A stretch of DNA of 64,000 nucleotides from Escherichia phage phiP4. The position numbers and the translations under genes were made by a program. Each line of letters opens with the position of its first letter. The first letter of the stretch is position 1. The DNA lies in sequence record PP993145.1; one strand, 5' to 3'. The notes below the pieces were generated by a model, which was not told where the DNA came from, searched no databases, and saw nothing but the letters and a program-made list of their open reading frames with translations. Positions 1 through 11,406 of the stretch are shown here, piece after piece.

Positions 1-1522
1 TTAGGATGCACTGTAATATGCCACCAGACACCTGATTTGCATCGGAAGTTCTTACAAGATTAAGAGCGTAGAATTGTGGAGTACTTGTCCAATCATACGA
101 TTGAAAAATCTTCCACTCGGTCCAATCCCAGCCAGTTGTCGAGGATTGCTTGATGTATTGGCGCATATAGAATGAACCATTAATGGAGTTGTATGGAAAA
201 TACAACTGGGTAGCCCCCTGCGGACCATTAGCGTTATTCTGCATTACAAGTAGTGCACCAGCACTATTTACAGGAAAATGACTTGCTGATGTAGCGCCGG
301 TATTGGCACCTTGATGATAAAAACCTGCTCTAGTACCATCAAGCATGTTAAGGTCCATACCGCCAAGATCTGCTTTTTGGTCCCTCATTGCATTAAGATT
401 GGTTAACGCAGAATTATAGTCACGTGCGCCAGTACCGCCCTGCTCTATTGCTAATGGCTTCCAATTTTGATCAGCTGGACTGTAATATCCCCATCTTCCG
501 CTAGCATCAAGCTGTAAATAACACCCTGTGCTTTTATCGTCAGATGAAAATATAACTGTTCTTTCGCCGGAGCTATGACTGAATCTCGAAACCTCATCTT
601 TTCTTGCGTGTCGAGTCCATTGTGGGCCTGTGCCTGTGCTCCAACGGTAAGTATAAAGCGATCTTGAGGCCCATCCTTGAAATATACCTGTATACCCAGG
701 TGTTCCATCCATCCGACTAATAAAACCAGTAAGGTTACTTTCACCTGATGCAATAGAAGGAAAACCTGTAGCATTTGAGGGGATGGATATAAAGCCAGTA
801 TAATTGGATGGCTCGCCGGAAATATCAGTGCAATAACGTGGGGATGATCCCAGGCCGATAGAAGCTTTCATACCAGAAGCTACACTTTCGGCTTTAGTAG
901 CTGAGGCGGCCGCATTAGTTTCCGAAGTTTTAGCATTAGTTTCTGATACTTTAGCAGCACTAGCACTGTTAGCAGCAGCAGTTTTACTACTATTAGCGTT
1001 AGTTTCAGAGGTTTTAGCGGCAGAAGCAGATGCAGCAGCATTAGTTTCTGAGGTTTTTGCTGCGGAAGCAGATGCAGCAGCAGCAGTTTTGCTACTATTA
1101 GCATTGGTCTCAGAAGTTTTAGCCGCTGTTTCACTAGCTTTTGCGTTAGTTTCTGAAGTTTTTGCAGCCGTCTCACTAGCTTTTGCATTAGTCTCAGAAG
1201 TCTTAGCAGCTTTAGCGCTATTAGCAGAAGCAGTAGCAGAAGAAGCAGACTGAGTTGCAGATTGCTGGGAAGATGCTGCGGAAATTTCTGCTTCATTCTC
1301 GGAATCTTTAGCGTTTAGCTCTGACTGTTTAGCATTAATCTCTGATTGTTTAGCTGCTGCAGCAGAAGCTTTAGAGGATTCTATAGCAGTAGTTAGTTCT
1401 CCTGCCGTAATAGAGCTAATAGAATTAGAAAGCACAACTGTATACTTAGGATATTTGCTTGCAGTTATGCTATTCTGGTCCATGGTGACCATTTGCTGTA
1501 AAATTATTTTAGTTATAGCCAT
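1..1522 (-). CDS. ltf: L-shaped (side) tail fibre protein, pb1-like, partial (3' end runs off window start)
   Basis: Hand translation from ATG at 1522-1520 gives an open frame to position 2 (>=507 aa) starting [16 protein letters not shown], with AKTSETNAKASETAA-type repeats; lies downstream of collar gene as in T5. Not in ORF track because no stop in window. Confidence 0.65.
   Translation of the reverse strand, partial: MAITKIILQQMVTMDQNSITASKYPKYTVVLSNSISSITAGELTTAIESSKASAAAAKQSEINAKQSELNAKDSENEAEISAASSQQSATQSASSATASANSAKAAKTSETNAKASETAAKTSETNAKASETAAKTSETNANSSKTAAAASASAAKTSETNAAASASAAKTSETNANSSKTAAANSASAAKVSETNAKTSETNAAASATKAESVASGMKASIGLGSSPRYCTDISGEPSNYTGFISIPSNATGFPSIASGESNLTGFISRMDGTPGYTGIFQGWASRSLYTYRWSTGTGPQWTRHARKDEVSRFSHSSGERTVIFSSDDKSTGCYLQLDASGRWGYYSPADQNWKPLAIEQGGTGARDYNSALTNLNAMRDQKADLGGMDLNMLDGTRAGFYHQGANTGATSASHFPVNSAGALLVMQNNANGPQGATQLYFPYNSINGSFYMRQYIKQSSTTGWDWTEWKIFQSYDWTSTPQFYALNLVRTSDANQVSGGILQCIL
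880..1300 (-). repeat. In-frame tandem nucleotide repeats inside tail fibre gene (encode SETNAKA/SETAAK repeats)
   Basis: Repeated 'gcattagtttctgaagtttt...gcagc' units visible; ORF-track 138-aa poly-Leu ORF is the wrong frame of this repeat. Confidence 0.7.
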
Positions 1523-1944
1523 TATTGAGTTACCCCATCACTAATATAAACCTTGCCTTCCATAATGCGGAAAGAACTAGTAGCACTACCAACAGCTGTT
1601 CTAGTAATAATTACATCATAGTATCCAGCCAACCTTTGTCTAGGGTTATATCTATCTCTTTCTTTAGATGCTTTGGAAGCAATAGTAGTTACGGCATTAA
1701 CAGGTAGACTTATAGATGCTACTCCTTGATTCGCATCAATAATAGATGTAGTAAAGGATGCTAAAGTTTCAGCTCCATCTTCTAAGCTACTTTTAATACT
1801 TCCTCTAAGAGAGAAGCCAGTAAGATCTACTGGCTTAGATGTAGCAGGATAAACACTATCATCTACATCCATAAATTGCATAAGTAAACCATAAGGTACG
1901 TTCTCATCTACTACTAAATCAATAACTCTATTTTCTGTACTCAT
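1522..1944 (-). CDS. tail collar protein (T5 p132-like), 140 aa
   Basis: 140-aa ORF immediately upstream of tail fibre gene; size and position match T5 p132. Confidence 0.5.
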   Translation of the reverse strand: MSTENRVIDLVVDENVPYGLLMQFMDVDDSVYPATSKPVDLTGFSLRGSIKSSLEDGAETLASFTTSIIDANQGVASISLPVNAVTTIASKASKERDRYNPRQRLAGYYDVIITRTAVGSATSSFRIMEGKVYISDGVTQ

Positions 1945-1948
1945 TATT

Positions 1949-4069
1949 TTACCTTATATGGATATACCCGTTTTGCAGGTCTATCTTCATTTTGTAAGAT
2001 CCCTCTGGATTAGAGGATAGTGCTGCTGCACGATCATATATAATATTTACACCAATTTGTGATAAGAAAGCATTATTAGCAACAATTTTACTAGCAGTTA
2101 CCGTACCATTAACTATCATATCACCATGTAAAACCATTGCAGGGCTAGCCCATGCTGAACCATTCCACTGCCTAGTAAACGCTGTTCCTGGTGCCCCACT
2201 TTTATACTCGGTTAATACATCATATTTAACAGGACCAGTACCAAAGTTAGATGTAAAAAACGAATTAGCCTGAGAATCATTCCATGCGGTTAAATTTGCA
2301 ATAGCAAGAGAATACATTCCGGGACCACGTTGTCCATCTGCTCCTGGCCGCCCATCAGCACCTGGTTTTCCATCAGCACCTGGTCTACCATCAGCACCTG
2401 GTCTACCATCAACACCTTCAGTACCACTCCATTGAACTACATCTGACCAACTGGTTCCAGATACTAATTGATTAGTAACAGGGTCCAGAGTACCAGTAGA
2501 GCAGTAAATATTCTGAGTATTAGATGTTCTATTCGGGGGAGTTTTAGACCAACCAGAAGGTGGATATGCAGGGCTTGTTGGTTTAGCAGGTAATGAAGTA
2601 TCTAGAATATAAATAAATACTGTTTGTTTACCTTGTATACCTGTCTCTATATCGATGTCACCGTTAGGTGTGCCAATTACAACCCCACTAGAGATTCTTA
2701 ATGTATCACCATCATAACGAATGTACTGTGTAGCGTTACCAATGTCCAATTTTGGCTTTGCAGTAGCATTATCCATGCCCATCCAAATACCAGATTTTGT
2801 ATCTCCCCAAGTTTTACCCTGAGTATATATTGCTGGATTATCTTGACCAGTCAAATTAGTCATGACAAAGTTCGCAGCATTAATGGTTTTAGTTATTACA
2901 CTTCCATCAACGTTAACTATCTTTTTAATAGGGTCAAAAGATATTGGTGCTTTTCCTTCGGCATCTAGAAGACCTATATTAATAGCACCGGTGGCAGCGT
3001 CTATTAAAAAGGTTTGTTTCCAGGTAGATCCATCTTTAATCTTACCCTTAATATACGCGTAATTTACCTCTATACCAGTTTCGTTAACAAAACTATTATC
3101 TAATGGTGTACTTTCGTTTAGTATAAAGGTCTGTACTGTAGAATCAGTAATACTTTGAGCATCTGGTCCCCAGGCAATAGATGACACTTTAAATTTATGC
3201 TCTACTTTCCATGGGAATGATATAATTGTTGCAGACTGAGCAGCCCCTACGTTGATTTTTTGTGCCTTAGTCCATCCAGTTCTAGCAAATTCTGCTGAAT
3301 CTATATAAGATAGAACGAACTCACGAACGTTAGCACCTGTACCCCTATTCCAATCCCATTGTACACGTAAATCATAACGTTCTTTACCATCAGCTATACG
3401 TGCAGCTTTAAATACAACATTAATAGGGGCTGTAGGAGGTACAAAGTTATATCTAACTTCAAAGACAGTAGGATACTCATAGTATCCAGATGAATCAATA
3501 GTTACTCCATCTGGTAGAGATATTTGTCCAGAAATTCTTACCTTATAGGATCCGATTGGCACACCACCAAACATAATAGTTGGCATCAACGCACCAACGT
3601 AATATTTAACCCACGGATTATTAGCATTAGAATTATTTTTTAATTCTATAGTACAATAATCAGCTTCTCCTGTAGTATCTATATAAACTATTGGCGCTCC
3701 AACACCTACGTCTACAGGCTCTGATTCACATCTAGCACCTGTAATTCTAGGTGCTGACTTCATTTTAAAAGTTTGTTTGTCAGATAGATTAATACCTATC
3801 TGAGCATTAAGTAGTTCAGAGTCTATTATAGAATCATAAAATGCACCCTGAACTTCATAAGTTGTTGTAGGTTTTAGGTTATTAATAGTTACAGAGAAGG
3901 TATCAACTCCAGTAAAATCTCTACGAGTAACGTTGCTACCTTCTTTAAGCCAAAAAGACCTGCCTATAACGTCATAATCAGAATAGATAGAATGCTGGAT
4001 ATACGCCAACGTATATCCAGTTAAGACGCTATTTAGGACCATTTTAGCTGGTGCATTATTTGAAATCAT
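1949..4069 (-). CDS. baseplate/central fibre protein (pb4-like) with collagen-like Gly-X-Y repeats
   Basis: 706-aa ORF downstream of pb3-like gene; [25 protein letters not shown] repeat. Confidence 0.55.
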   Translation of the reverse strand: MISNNAPAKMVLNSVLTGYTLAYIQHSIYSDYDVIGRSFWLKEGSNVTRRDFTGVDTFSVTINNLKPTTTYEVQGAFYDSIIDSELLNAQIGINLSDKQTFKMKSAPRITGARCESEPVDVGVGAPIVYIDTTGEADYCTIELKNNSNANNPWVKYYVGALMPTIMFGGVPIGSYKVRISGQISLPDGVTIDSSGYYEYPTVFEVRYNFVPPTAPINVVFKAARIADGKERYDLRVQWDWNRGTGANVREFVLSYIDSAEFARTGWTKAQKINVGAAQSATIISFPWKVEHKFKVSSIAWGPDAQSITDSTVQTFILNESTPLDNSFVNETGIEVNYAYIKGKIKDGSTWKQTFLIDAATGAINIGLLDAEGKAPISFDPIKKIVNVDGSVITKTINAANFVMTNLTGQDNPAIYTQGKTWGDTKSGIWMGMDNATAKPKLDIGNATQYIRYDGDTLRISSGVVIGTPNGDIDIETGIQGKQTVFIYILDTSLPAKPTSPAYPPSGWSKTPPNRTSNTQNIYCSTGTLDPVTNQLVSGTSWSDVVQWSGTEGVDGRPGADGRPGADGKPGADGRPGADGQRGPGMYSLAIANLTAWNDSQANSFFTSNFGTGPVKYDVLTEYKSGAPGTAFTRQWNGSAWASPAMVLHGDMIVNGTVTASKIVANNAFLSQIGVNIIYDRAAALSSNPEGSYKMKIDLQNGYIHIR

Positions 4070-6919
4070 TTAAATAGTAGCCCAACCAACAGATTGCTCA
4101 CCATTTTCCCCTTCTGCTCTAATCCTGAATCGTATTTTACGATTAATTCCTAAAGCACCAGAGTTTAATAGTGCAAAATCCGCCTTATTATATGTTAATA
4201 GATAGTCATAGGTATAGGCATCCTCTATCCTAATACTACGAAGCATTCTATCCTGAGAATCATGTATTTCTAGAGTATAATAAATTTCTGGAATTATTTC
4301 TTCTTCAGGTATTTTATCCCAAGCAAGTTTCACGTCCGGGCCCACAAATTCGGTTACATCTCCAGAAGCTGTATTAGTTACTCTGAAGTTACTAACTACA
4401 CTCAAGTTTCTAGCAGAGTTAAGATCCACGGAAAGAGTAACAGGAGAACTACGTCTACCGTTAATATCAACAGCACGTAATTCAAAAATAGCTAAACCAG
4501 CAGGCTCACCTATAATCTCCTGAACCATCCTTTCATTAGGATTATTCTCTAATTGCTGAATTATGTAAGGGTCTACATGACCTGAATGAGCTATAGAATA
4601 ATATACTACGTTATTAGTAAGACTAGGTAGCCAAGATAGTTCCCCATTTTTACCTATAGCACCTATCATACCGCCAGGAGTTGGTGTATACTTAAAGTCT
4701 CTAGGAGGAAGAACATTATTACTAATATCTGGAATATCATTACCACTATTATCTACTTGATCAGAGTTGATAAATACATCTTCACCATACTCTTGTAGTG
4801 TTAAATTAATCTTACCATCACGAGTATTTTCTACTTCATCTACTAAGAAGAACTTGTCTTTCCACCCATAACGCTCATAAGTAAAAGCAATCGGGTCATT
4901 TGGCTCTATACCAATAAATTTATATGGTACTGAGAAGCTAAGTGTACGTGAGTACCTGGACTTTTTAAGCTCTCTATCAGCGTAACTACGAGCGGTGTAG
5001 TAGTTAGTAATATTTGCAAAAGATAGCTGAAGTTTTTTATCCAAACCCTTATCTTGTTCTTTAAACTTAGAGTTATAGAATGTAATAGAGTTTGTTTTCC
5101 AACTTAGCGCAGGGTCTACTAGGGATGCTTGTACTGAGTTAAACTTATTTCTACCAGTAGTATCAGATAAGTCTAAGTCCCCATAAGTATCTAGAAAACT
5201 TATCTTCAAAGGAGTTGTAGAATGCTTCTCTACAGTTATTCTATACTCGCCAGATAAGTTATTTATAGCTCCGCCAAAAGAATCCAGTACTCCTTGAACA
5301 TTTTTAAATACTGATTCGGAGGTATCTAATATAGTATTTAACTGAACTACTTGGCGATGTTCAGAAATAGAATCACTCCAACCAACATATCTCCAATAGG
5401 GTTGCCAGCTAACCTGATAAGATTCATCAATTATATCTAGAATTTTTGCTTCTGATATAATCTTTTGTAGTGGGAACTGATCTAGAGTTATATTAGCTCC
5501 ATAACGTTCAGAGGTTAGATAGTCCATGAGCTGCCAGATACCATTAAGGCTGGTTTTATCTGCTTTAACAGACCCATCAGAGTTATATACTTTGACTTTC
5601 TTACCTTGTACTTCGGCACTAATTTCTGGAATTTCAGTTCTATTCTCGTTAATAGTAAATCTAACTACAGCATAGGCTGTGTCTAAGAGCTTATAACGAG
5701 AATCCCAGTATTCTGGACCGTTGCCATTTTGATTCTGTAAATAGAAACCTCTTCTTTTAGCAATATCTACTAGTACTTGAGCTGCTGTCTGGTCTGGTTT
5801 GCCATGAAAAGTCCATATTCTTATATCACCATTACCATCGTTATACTTGTACTCCTGGCCATGAACGGAGGGCTGAGAAGTACTTGTACCCGCAGCTAAT
5901 CTATGCATTGTATCGCCCACTAGTTTCTTACGGCCGAAGCAGGTTCTAGCATTGGAATCCGTTTCATCGAAACAGATCATTGGGCTATCACCAATATAGA
6001 AATCTAGAAATCCGTCAATTTCTCCTTCCGAAAACGCATAGACTACATACACTATATTAGGGTTATTTAGCTCAGTATCTGCAAAAATAGGGATACCAGG
6101 AATTTTCTGAACCCCATATACAACAGGTATGAATTTAGCAGCTAAGTTAAAGTCTAAATCAACTTCTTTAGTTACAGTCTCATAATACTTTTTAAGACTG
6201 TAACTTCTTGATAGCCCAAAAAGTTTCTTCTTGGACTGAAGTTTATAGCGTTCTTCTTTTACCTGATATTTAGCTAATATAGTAGTACTTTTATTAGAGT
6301 GGAAGAAACCATAGTCTTCTTGATATTCAGGACGTTTAGCACCATTTGAAGGCTGAAGAGTCCCATTAACAACTTCAAGACCTCGGTGAGAAGCATCATC
6401 AGTATAACGACCATTCACTCTATCAAAATCATAGAACTGGTTAGAACAGTTCCATGTTATAACAGAAGTTCCTATACCGGAAGTACTAACATTATCCTTT
6501 ATTCCTCCACCAGTAATTTTACCACGAAAGAATAGTAAAGGTCCATTAGTATCAGGATCTACAGGAAGAATATTACCTTCTTCATCAATTATAGCTTGAT
6601 GTATAGTGATAGTTCTATCTAAGAAAGATACTCCATTTTGAACTAGTTTTAATACTTCATCTTCTGCTGTACCAGTTATGGTAAAAGATAGGCTACCAAT
6701 AGATAGTTCACGGTTTTGTTTATGAGAGCCGATACTTTTTACTTTACCAGATCTATATAAGATTCCGTTATAAGTAACATCTCTAAAGTAGTCAGTTAAA
6801 TAAATATAAGTAGCAGCAGAGCCTGATGAACTAGGAAGCTCTAAAGCTATAAGACAAGCTGTTTTTAGCTTGTCATGAGTATTAAGATATGTTTTAGCAC
6901 TATCGAGTATCTGCTTCAT
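4070..6919 (-). CDS. baseplate hub protein (pb3-like), 949 aa
   Basis: 949 aa, same length as T5 pb3; follows distal tail protein gene. Confidence 0.7.
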   Translation of the reverse strand: MKQILDSAKTYLNTHDKLKTACLIALELPSSSGSAATYIYLTDYFRDVTYNGILYRSGKVKSIGSHKQNRELSIGSLSFTITGTAEDEVLKLVQNGVSFLDRTITIHQAIIDEEGNILPVDPDTNGPLLFFRGKITGGGIKDNVSTSGIGTSVITWNCSNQFYDFDRVNGRYTDDASHRGLEVVNGTLQPSNGAKRPEYQEDYGFFHSNKSTTILAKYQVKEERYKLQSKKKLFGLSRSYSLKKYYETVTKEVDLDFNLAAKFIPVVYGVQKIPGIPIFADTELNNPNIVYVVYAFSEGEIDGFLDFYIGDSPMICFDETDSNARTCFGRKKLVGDTMHRLAAGTSTSQPSVHGQEYKYNDGNGDIRIWTFHGKPDQTAAQVLVDIAKRRGFYLQNQNGNGPEYWDSRYKLLDTAYAVVRFTINENRTEIPEISAEVQGKKVKVYNSDGSVKADKTSLNGIWQLMDYLTSERYGANITLDQFPLQKIISEAKILDIIDESYQVSWQPYWRYVGWSDSISEHRQVVQLNTILDTSESVFKNVQGVLDSFGGAINNLSGEYRITVEKHSTTPLKISFLDTYGDLDLSDTTGRNKFNSVQASLVDPALSWKTNSITFYNSKFKEQDKGLDKKLQLSFANITNYYTARSYADRELKKSRYSRTLSFSVPYKFIGIEPNDPIAFTYERYGWKDKFFLVDEVENTRDGKINLTLQEYGEDVFINSDQVDNSGNDIPDISNNVLPPRDFKYTPTPGGMIGAIGKNGELSWLPSLTNNVVYYSIAHSGHVDPYIIQQLENNPNERMVQEIIGEPAGLAIFELRAVDINGRRSSPVTLSVDLNSARNLSVVSNFRVTNTASGDVTEFVGPDVKLAWDKIPEEEIIPEIYYTLEIHDSQDRMLRSIRIEDAYTYDYLLTYNKADFALLNSGALGINRKIRFRIRAEGENGEQSVGWATI

Positions 6920-7530
6920 AGACTTTCCCTCAAGGAAAGTGAAATACCAGAGTAAGTACCATTGTTATTTAATGTAGAACCAAAAGAATCAGCATTCATT
7001 AGCTTAGTTCTAAATAAGATACCATTAAAAACTGGTTTTTCACTACCCGTAGTAGTAATAAATAGGTCAGGGTATAAGGATAAGTTCCATACATTTCCTG
7101 AGCTAGTAAAATTTGTTATTTTATAGACTTTTGGGTGATTTGATAATTTAAATAGATCTCCAGCTTTTGGTAGTCCTGTCAAGGTTCCATTAGTATTTAG
7201 TATAATCTGAGAACCTTTCTGTCCTGCTGGTATAGTAACATTTTTAGTATCACCACGTACTCTAAATGCTTCATACTGAGGTAGAAGTACTTCTAGATAA
7301 TCTCCAGTTCTTTTATATTCTAAAATTTTAGAATCTAGGAACGCATATTCATCTGGGAAAAGTTCCGGGTATGATATATTAATTCCCCAGTATTGAGCAG
7401 ATATTTTAACCTCTTTGACTTTACCATTAGGTAATTCATCACGAATCATAGGGTCATTATCTACTACGTTGACGCTTTCAAAACCTAACCCTGGGTATTC
7501 TGGGTTCGTGTATGGATCTGGTAGTCTCAT
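6916..7530 (-). CDS. distal tail protein (pb9-like), 204 aa
   Basis: 204 aa, immediately downstream of tape measure gene; matches T5 pb9 size and position. Confidence 0.65.
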   Translation of the reverse strand: MRLPDPYTNPEYPGLGFESVNVVDNDPMIRDELPNGKVKEVKISAQYWGINISYPELFPDEYAFLDSKILEYKRTGDYLEVLLPQYEAFRVRGDTKNVTIPAGQKGSQIILNTNGTLTGLPKAGDLFKLSNHPKVYKITNFTSSGNVWNLSLYPDLFITTTGSEKPVFNGILFRTKLMNADSFGSTLNNNGTYSGISLSLRESL

Positions 7531-7639
7531 AGTTAATTTCTCCTCTTTAATAACAATATTATAATAGTATTGGAAAATTTTATCAAGAAATTTTTATTTT
7601 TCCATAAAGAAAAGGAGGACATAAAGTCCTCCTCCAATA

Positions 7640-10600
7640 TTACATATTACCAAGAGATTTAAGGGTGGATCCATTCTCGTTAAGAGCCAGTTCCACGGCA
7701 TCTCTTAAAGCAGTGCTGTTATTCGATGCAAAATCTCTAAAGCTAGCAGCATCCATTGTGCTAATATTCAGAATGATTGGTCTTCCAGAGGTAGTCTTTG
7801 ATCCATCGGAAAGCTGATCATTAGGTGTGGCTTTCATAGGAACCATAGGAGTTACTACTTCGGTACCGTGCTCACCCATTTGATAGCTAACTCCAGGGTA
7901 CATCATACCACCCTCAGCACGCGGAACAAATGAATTGGCATTACCAATACCCTTATCACCACGTAGGTAGGATAATTCTCCTGAACTAGCTTGCATAGAT
8001 ACATCAATGTTCTTCTGTCGCTCACCTAAAGTTAGGTACTGAGTAGTATCTGCTCCAGAATCTGCAATAGAAGACATACCAGATGCAGAAGATGCTTGAG
8101 CAAGAGCTAAGGCACCTGCCAAACCTGCCGCCACCATCAAAGGAATAGAGAACGGGTATGGTACAGCTGTTGCCGCTTGCATTACTGCTACTGCTGTCTG
8201 GATAATAATTTGTTTCTTAGCTGCATCTTGCTGAATTTTTAACTTTTCAGCTTCTAACTTTTTCAGTTTAGCTTTAGATGCTTCAGATTTACCATCTCGT
8301 TTCTGTTCTGCTGCAATAGCCTGGTCAATCGCACTAACCTGCTGACTAGCACTATACTGAATCACAGAAGATACAGCTTGCATACCTGCTGCGATCGTAG
8401 AAGTAGTATCTAAAGACCCCATGGAGAACTGAATCATAGCATTGGTTAAATTACCCATGCTTTGAGCCACAGCAGTTGCTTCGGAGTTTAGCTCAGATAA
8501 CTTAGAGATTGCCTGATCATAAGAAGCCATTCTATTTCCCATATCAGCAAAATCTTTGTCTTTTCCAGATAGTCCAGTTGTAGGAGTATACACAGCACCT
8601 AAAGAAGACCCAACAGAAGCTTGCATTTGAGCATTACGTTGTGCTGTTAAAGCCGATATCTGAGCCCTTGTCTTGGCTATTTCAGCATTCCAACGCATCT
8701 GCTCATTAGCATTACCCTTAGTAAGTTCCTTCATCTGAGTATAAAAGTCTAACTGCATTTCCATTTTTTGCATTTCCCCTGCCAGAGGGAACATGGAAGT
8801 TAGGGTATTTTCAAAGGCTTCTTGCCTTTTACTGGTCATTTCAGCTTGCTGGTCCTGACGGAATTTCCATATTTCACGTTCAATTTGGGCTTGAGAACGT
8901 CTAGACTGTTCAGCCTCTTTCTGTTTGTCCGCTTGTTTTGTATACCATTCGTACTTCTCTTTTTCAATGGTCAATTCAAGATTTAACTGCGCTAGACGAT
9001 ACTGAGTATCTGTCATAGTACGGTTATTTAAGAGAGCTATCTCACGATCTACACCAAGAATTTTATCTGTGTAATCCTTGACCTTCTTCTGAGCTTCCAT
9101 ACCCTGATTGGTAAGTTTAAGTTTCTCCAGCTGAATTTTTTCAATTTCTTTCTCAACAGCTTTATTTCCCTGGTTTGTTTGAAGAACACGGCGTAAAGCA
9201 GCTTCTTGCTCTTCTAACTGTTGGAGTTCTAAACGCCTACCGGCTTCCTGTGCCTTTTCTTTATCTTTAGTTTGGTTGTATACGTCAGCTATCTTCTGTT
9301 GAACTGCTAACTGGTTCTTAGTCTCATTACCAGTTAGTTTAACGTACTCAGATAAGGCCTGAGACGCAGTTTTCATTTCAGACAGAGTGTTAAACCCTAA
9401 GTTGAGACTTTTAACATACTCATCCGCACTCTTACCAGTTCCTGCGGAGAGAGATTCTACATTTCTAATTACCTCTTCAAAAGTTGCACTAGTTTTAGCA
9501 GCGGTATCTGTACTATTAGCTATATTTTGAAAGTCGTTAGCTAAATCACTAGACGTTTTCTTAGTTTGGTTATATGCTTTTTGTTGCTCTGTCAGACCCT
9601 TTAGAGCAGCAGAATTAAAATCATATACAGCATCTGGGTCATATACATCTTTCTGTAGATTAATCTGTTTCTGGAACTCCGGATTAGCCTTTGCAGCAGC
9701 AGCTCCTGCAGTTTGGAAGGCTGATTTCCAAGCAGTAAGATTCTCTGTAGAATCTTCTACTTCTTTATCTAATCTACTTACTTGTAGTCCCATAGCGGCA
9801 GTTTCTGCTACAAATTGTTTATTAGCTTCCGAAGCACCTGCTGCTGCAAGACCAACAGGAATACCTTCACCAACTTGACGTATAGCTAATTTTGTATAGA
9901 AATCTGCTTGTTCCATTCGTTTATCGAACTCAGATTTTAGCTTATTACGCTTATCAAGAGATTCCTTATACATATCTAGAGCTTTATTATAGCCTTCTTC
10001 AGAAGCAGCCAAACTTAAAGCAACAGCACCAACGTTGGTAGGGTCTATCTGTCTATTAGTTTTTTCTTGAGCTCTAGCTGCTTCAGCAGATACAGAAGCC
10101 TGAGAAGTATAAAATACTGTGTTGATAGCATCAATTACTGGTCCTAAGTACTTAGCAGCAGCTTGTTGTATTGTTCTTAGTGCAGCATCTGCGTTAGCAG
10201 CAAACTGCTCCCACGGAGTAGCACGTAAAACTTCATCTAAGTAACCAAAACGTTTAGTAGATTCTGCTATAACAGCATTAGCATACGCTTGCTGTTTCTG
10301 GAAGGTAGTAAGGCTATTAATATTATATGTTATACCTGTGTTTGCAGCATTTAACTGTTTAACGTAATCAGCATAAGCATCGTTAAGACGAATAGTAACA
10401 CCAAGTTCATCCAGAAGTTCGATTTCTTGTTTAGATACACCCTTAATTACACGGTTAAGTGCATCAGTCATATCAACACCAAGAACAGCAGCAGCACGAC
10501 GAGCTACTAAACCAAATTTATTAAGTTGTTCGGCATCAAATCCATAAGCGGACGCTGAAGATGCCTGTCTCATTGCTTCTTCAAAAGAAATAGCATATCC

Positions 10601-11323
10601 AGCAGCTTCTTGTAGTGATCTAGCAAGGGACTGAACAGGAGTACCTGTCTGAGTACCTACTATAACACCAAATTTTTCAAGACGATTTAACTGATCACCT
10701 AGTTTAAGTTGTTCGAATGCAGATTGCAAAACGAAGATGTTGGAAGCAATAGCAGCGTATAACAGTGGTAAACCGCCACCTACCTTAGCCATTGCCGCAA
10801 AATCACGAGTTGCACCACGTGCTGAACCAGAAGTATTACCAATGGCTCTAGAAGCTCTACCAGCGGCACCAGCAGTATCATTAAAACCTCTAGCTGTACC
10901 ACCTAAAACTCTATTGGTGTCATACAGCCTATCTTGAACTTTCTCTGTTGCAGCTGCAACATCATTACCCATTGCTTTAACAGATCTAGAAACTCCATCG
11001 AATCCAACTTCTAGTTTATCCGTTACTTCAATAAGCTGGATAGCCAGGTAATCTAGCTTATCACCAATACCATCAATGGATTTAGTGATACCAGCCATAC
11101 CCCTACTAGCTTGCATTTTAGTAAGACTTTTTGCTGCCCTATCCGCTGCCCTCTCAATGGAGTAAAGGGTTTTGGGCATTTTACCTAACTGCTCATTTGT
11201 CAGTTCGGAAGCAGCAGCAGCGTTTTCCAACGCATCAGATACGTTTTCAATAGACTTTGCAGTACGAGTTGCCCCCTTCTGCTTAACATCTATTAATAAT
11301 TCTCGTATTAGCTTATCAGTCAT
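7640..11323 (-). CDS. tail tape measure protein (pb2-like), 1227 aa
   Basis: Very long alpha-helical/coiled-coil ORF with Ala/Gln-rich repeats between chaperones and distal tail protein. Confidence 0.85.
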   Translation of the reverse strand: MTDKLIRELLIDVKQKGATRTAKSIENVSDALENAAAASELTNEQLGKMPKTLYSIERAADRAAKSLTKMQASRGMAGITKSIDGIGDKLDYLAIQLIEVTDKLEVGFDGVSRSVKAMGNDVAAATEKVQDRLYDTNRVLGGTARGFNDTAGAAGRASRAIGNTSGSARGATRDFAAMAKVGGGLPLLYAAIASNIFVLQSAFEQLKLGDQLNRLEKFGVIVGTQTGTPVQSLARSLQEAAGYAISFEEAMRQASSASAYGFDAEQLNKFGLVARRAAAVLGVDMTDALNRVIKGVSKQEIELLDELGVTIRLNDAYADYVKQLNAANTGITYNINSLTTFQKQQAYANAVIAESTKRFGYLDEVLRATPWEQFAANADAALRTIQQAAAKYLGPVIDAINTVFYTSQASVSAEAARAQEKTNRQIDPTNVGAVALSLAASEEGYNKALDMYKESLDKRNKLKSEFDKRMEQADFYTKLAIRQVGEGIPVGLAAAGASEANKQFVAETAAMGLQVSRLDKEVEDSTENLTAWKSAFQTAGAAAAKANPEFQKQINLQKDVYDPDAVYDFNSAALKGLTEQQKAYNQTKKTSSDLANDFQNIANSTDTAAKTSATFEEVIRNVESLSAGTGKSADEYVKSLNLGFNTLSEMKTASQALSEYVKLTGNETKNQLAVQQKIADVYNQTKDKEKAQEAGRRLELQQLEEQEAALRRVLQTNQGNKAVEKEIEKIQLEKLKLTNQGMEAQKKVKDYTDKILGVDREIALLNNRTMTDTQYRLAQLNLELTIEKEKYEWYTKQADKQKEAEQSRRSQAQIEREIWKFRQDQQAEMTSKRQEAFENTLTSMFPLAGEMQKMEMQLDFYTQMKELTKGNANEQMRWNAEIAKTRAQISALTAQRNAQMQASVGSSLGAVYTPTTGLSGKDKDFADMGNRMASYDQAISKLSELNSEATAVAQSMGNLTNAMIQFSMGSLDTTSTIAAGMQAVSSVIQYSASQQVSAIDQAIAAEQKRDGKSEASKAKLKKLEAEKLKIQQDAAKKQIIIQTAVAVMQAATAVPYPFSIPLMVAAGLAGALALAQASSASGMSSIADSGADTTQYLTLGERQKNIDVSMQASSGELSYLRGDKGIGNANSFVPRAEGGMMYPGVSYQMGEHGTEVVTPMVPMKATPNDQLSDGSKTTSGRPIILNISTMDAASFRDFASNNSTALRDAVELALNENGSTLKSLGNM

Positions 11324-11338
11324 GTTTTATTTTTCCCA

Positions 11339-11371
11339 ATAAAAAAGGCTCTGGGCAAATCACCCAGAGCC
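11339..11371 (-). terminator. intrinsic terminator/attenuator hairpin between tail chaperone and tape measure genes
   Basis: ggctctggg-N7-cccagagcc stem followed by U-run on minus strand. Confidence 0.5.
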
Positions 11372-11406
11372 AAGCCTCATCGTGGAACGCCCATTGGAGG
11401 AAACTT

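Noticed and set aside
1-3. 'tta' at window start looking like a minus-strand stop codon
   Set aside because: Not in frame with the tail fibre ORF, which continues past the window edge
451-774. 107-aa minus-strand ORF
   Set aside because: Lies inside the long open tail-fibre frame (different frame); shadow ORF
880-1296. 138-aa ORF translating as poly-Leu/Gln low complexity
   Set aside because: It is the wrong reading frame of the repeat region inside the tail fibre gene; the correct frame gives the SETNAKA repeat protein
10737-10937. Plus-strand 66-aa ORF (and similar plus-strand ORFs at 1525, 2862, 11859, 12521, 15404, 16042, 16436, 18181, 19455, 21089, 27592, 36292, 41336 and others)
   Set aside because: Embedded antisense within well-supported minus-strand genes; typical shadow ORFs
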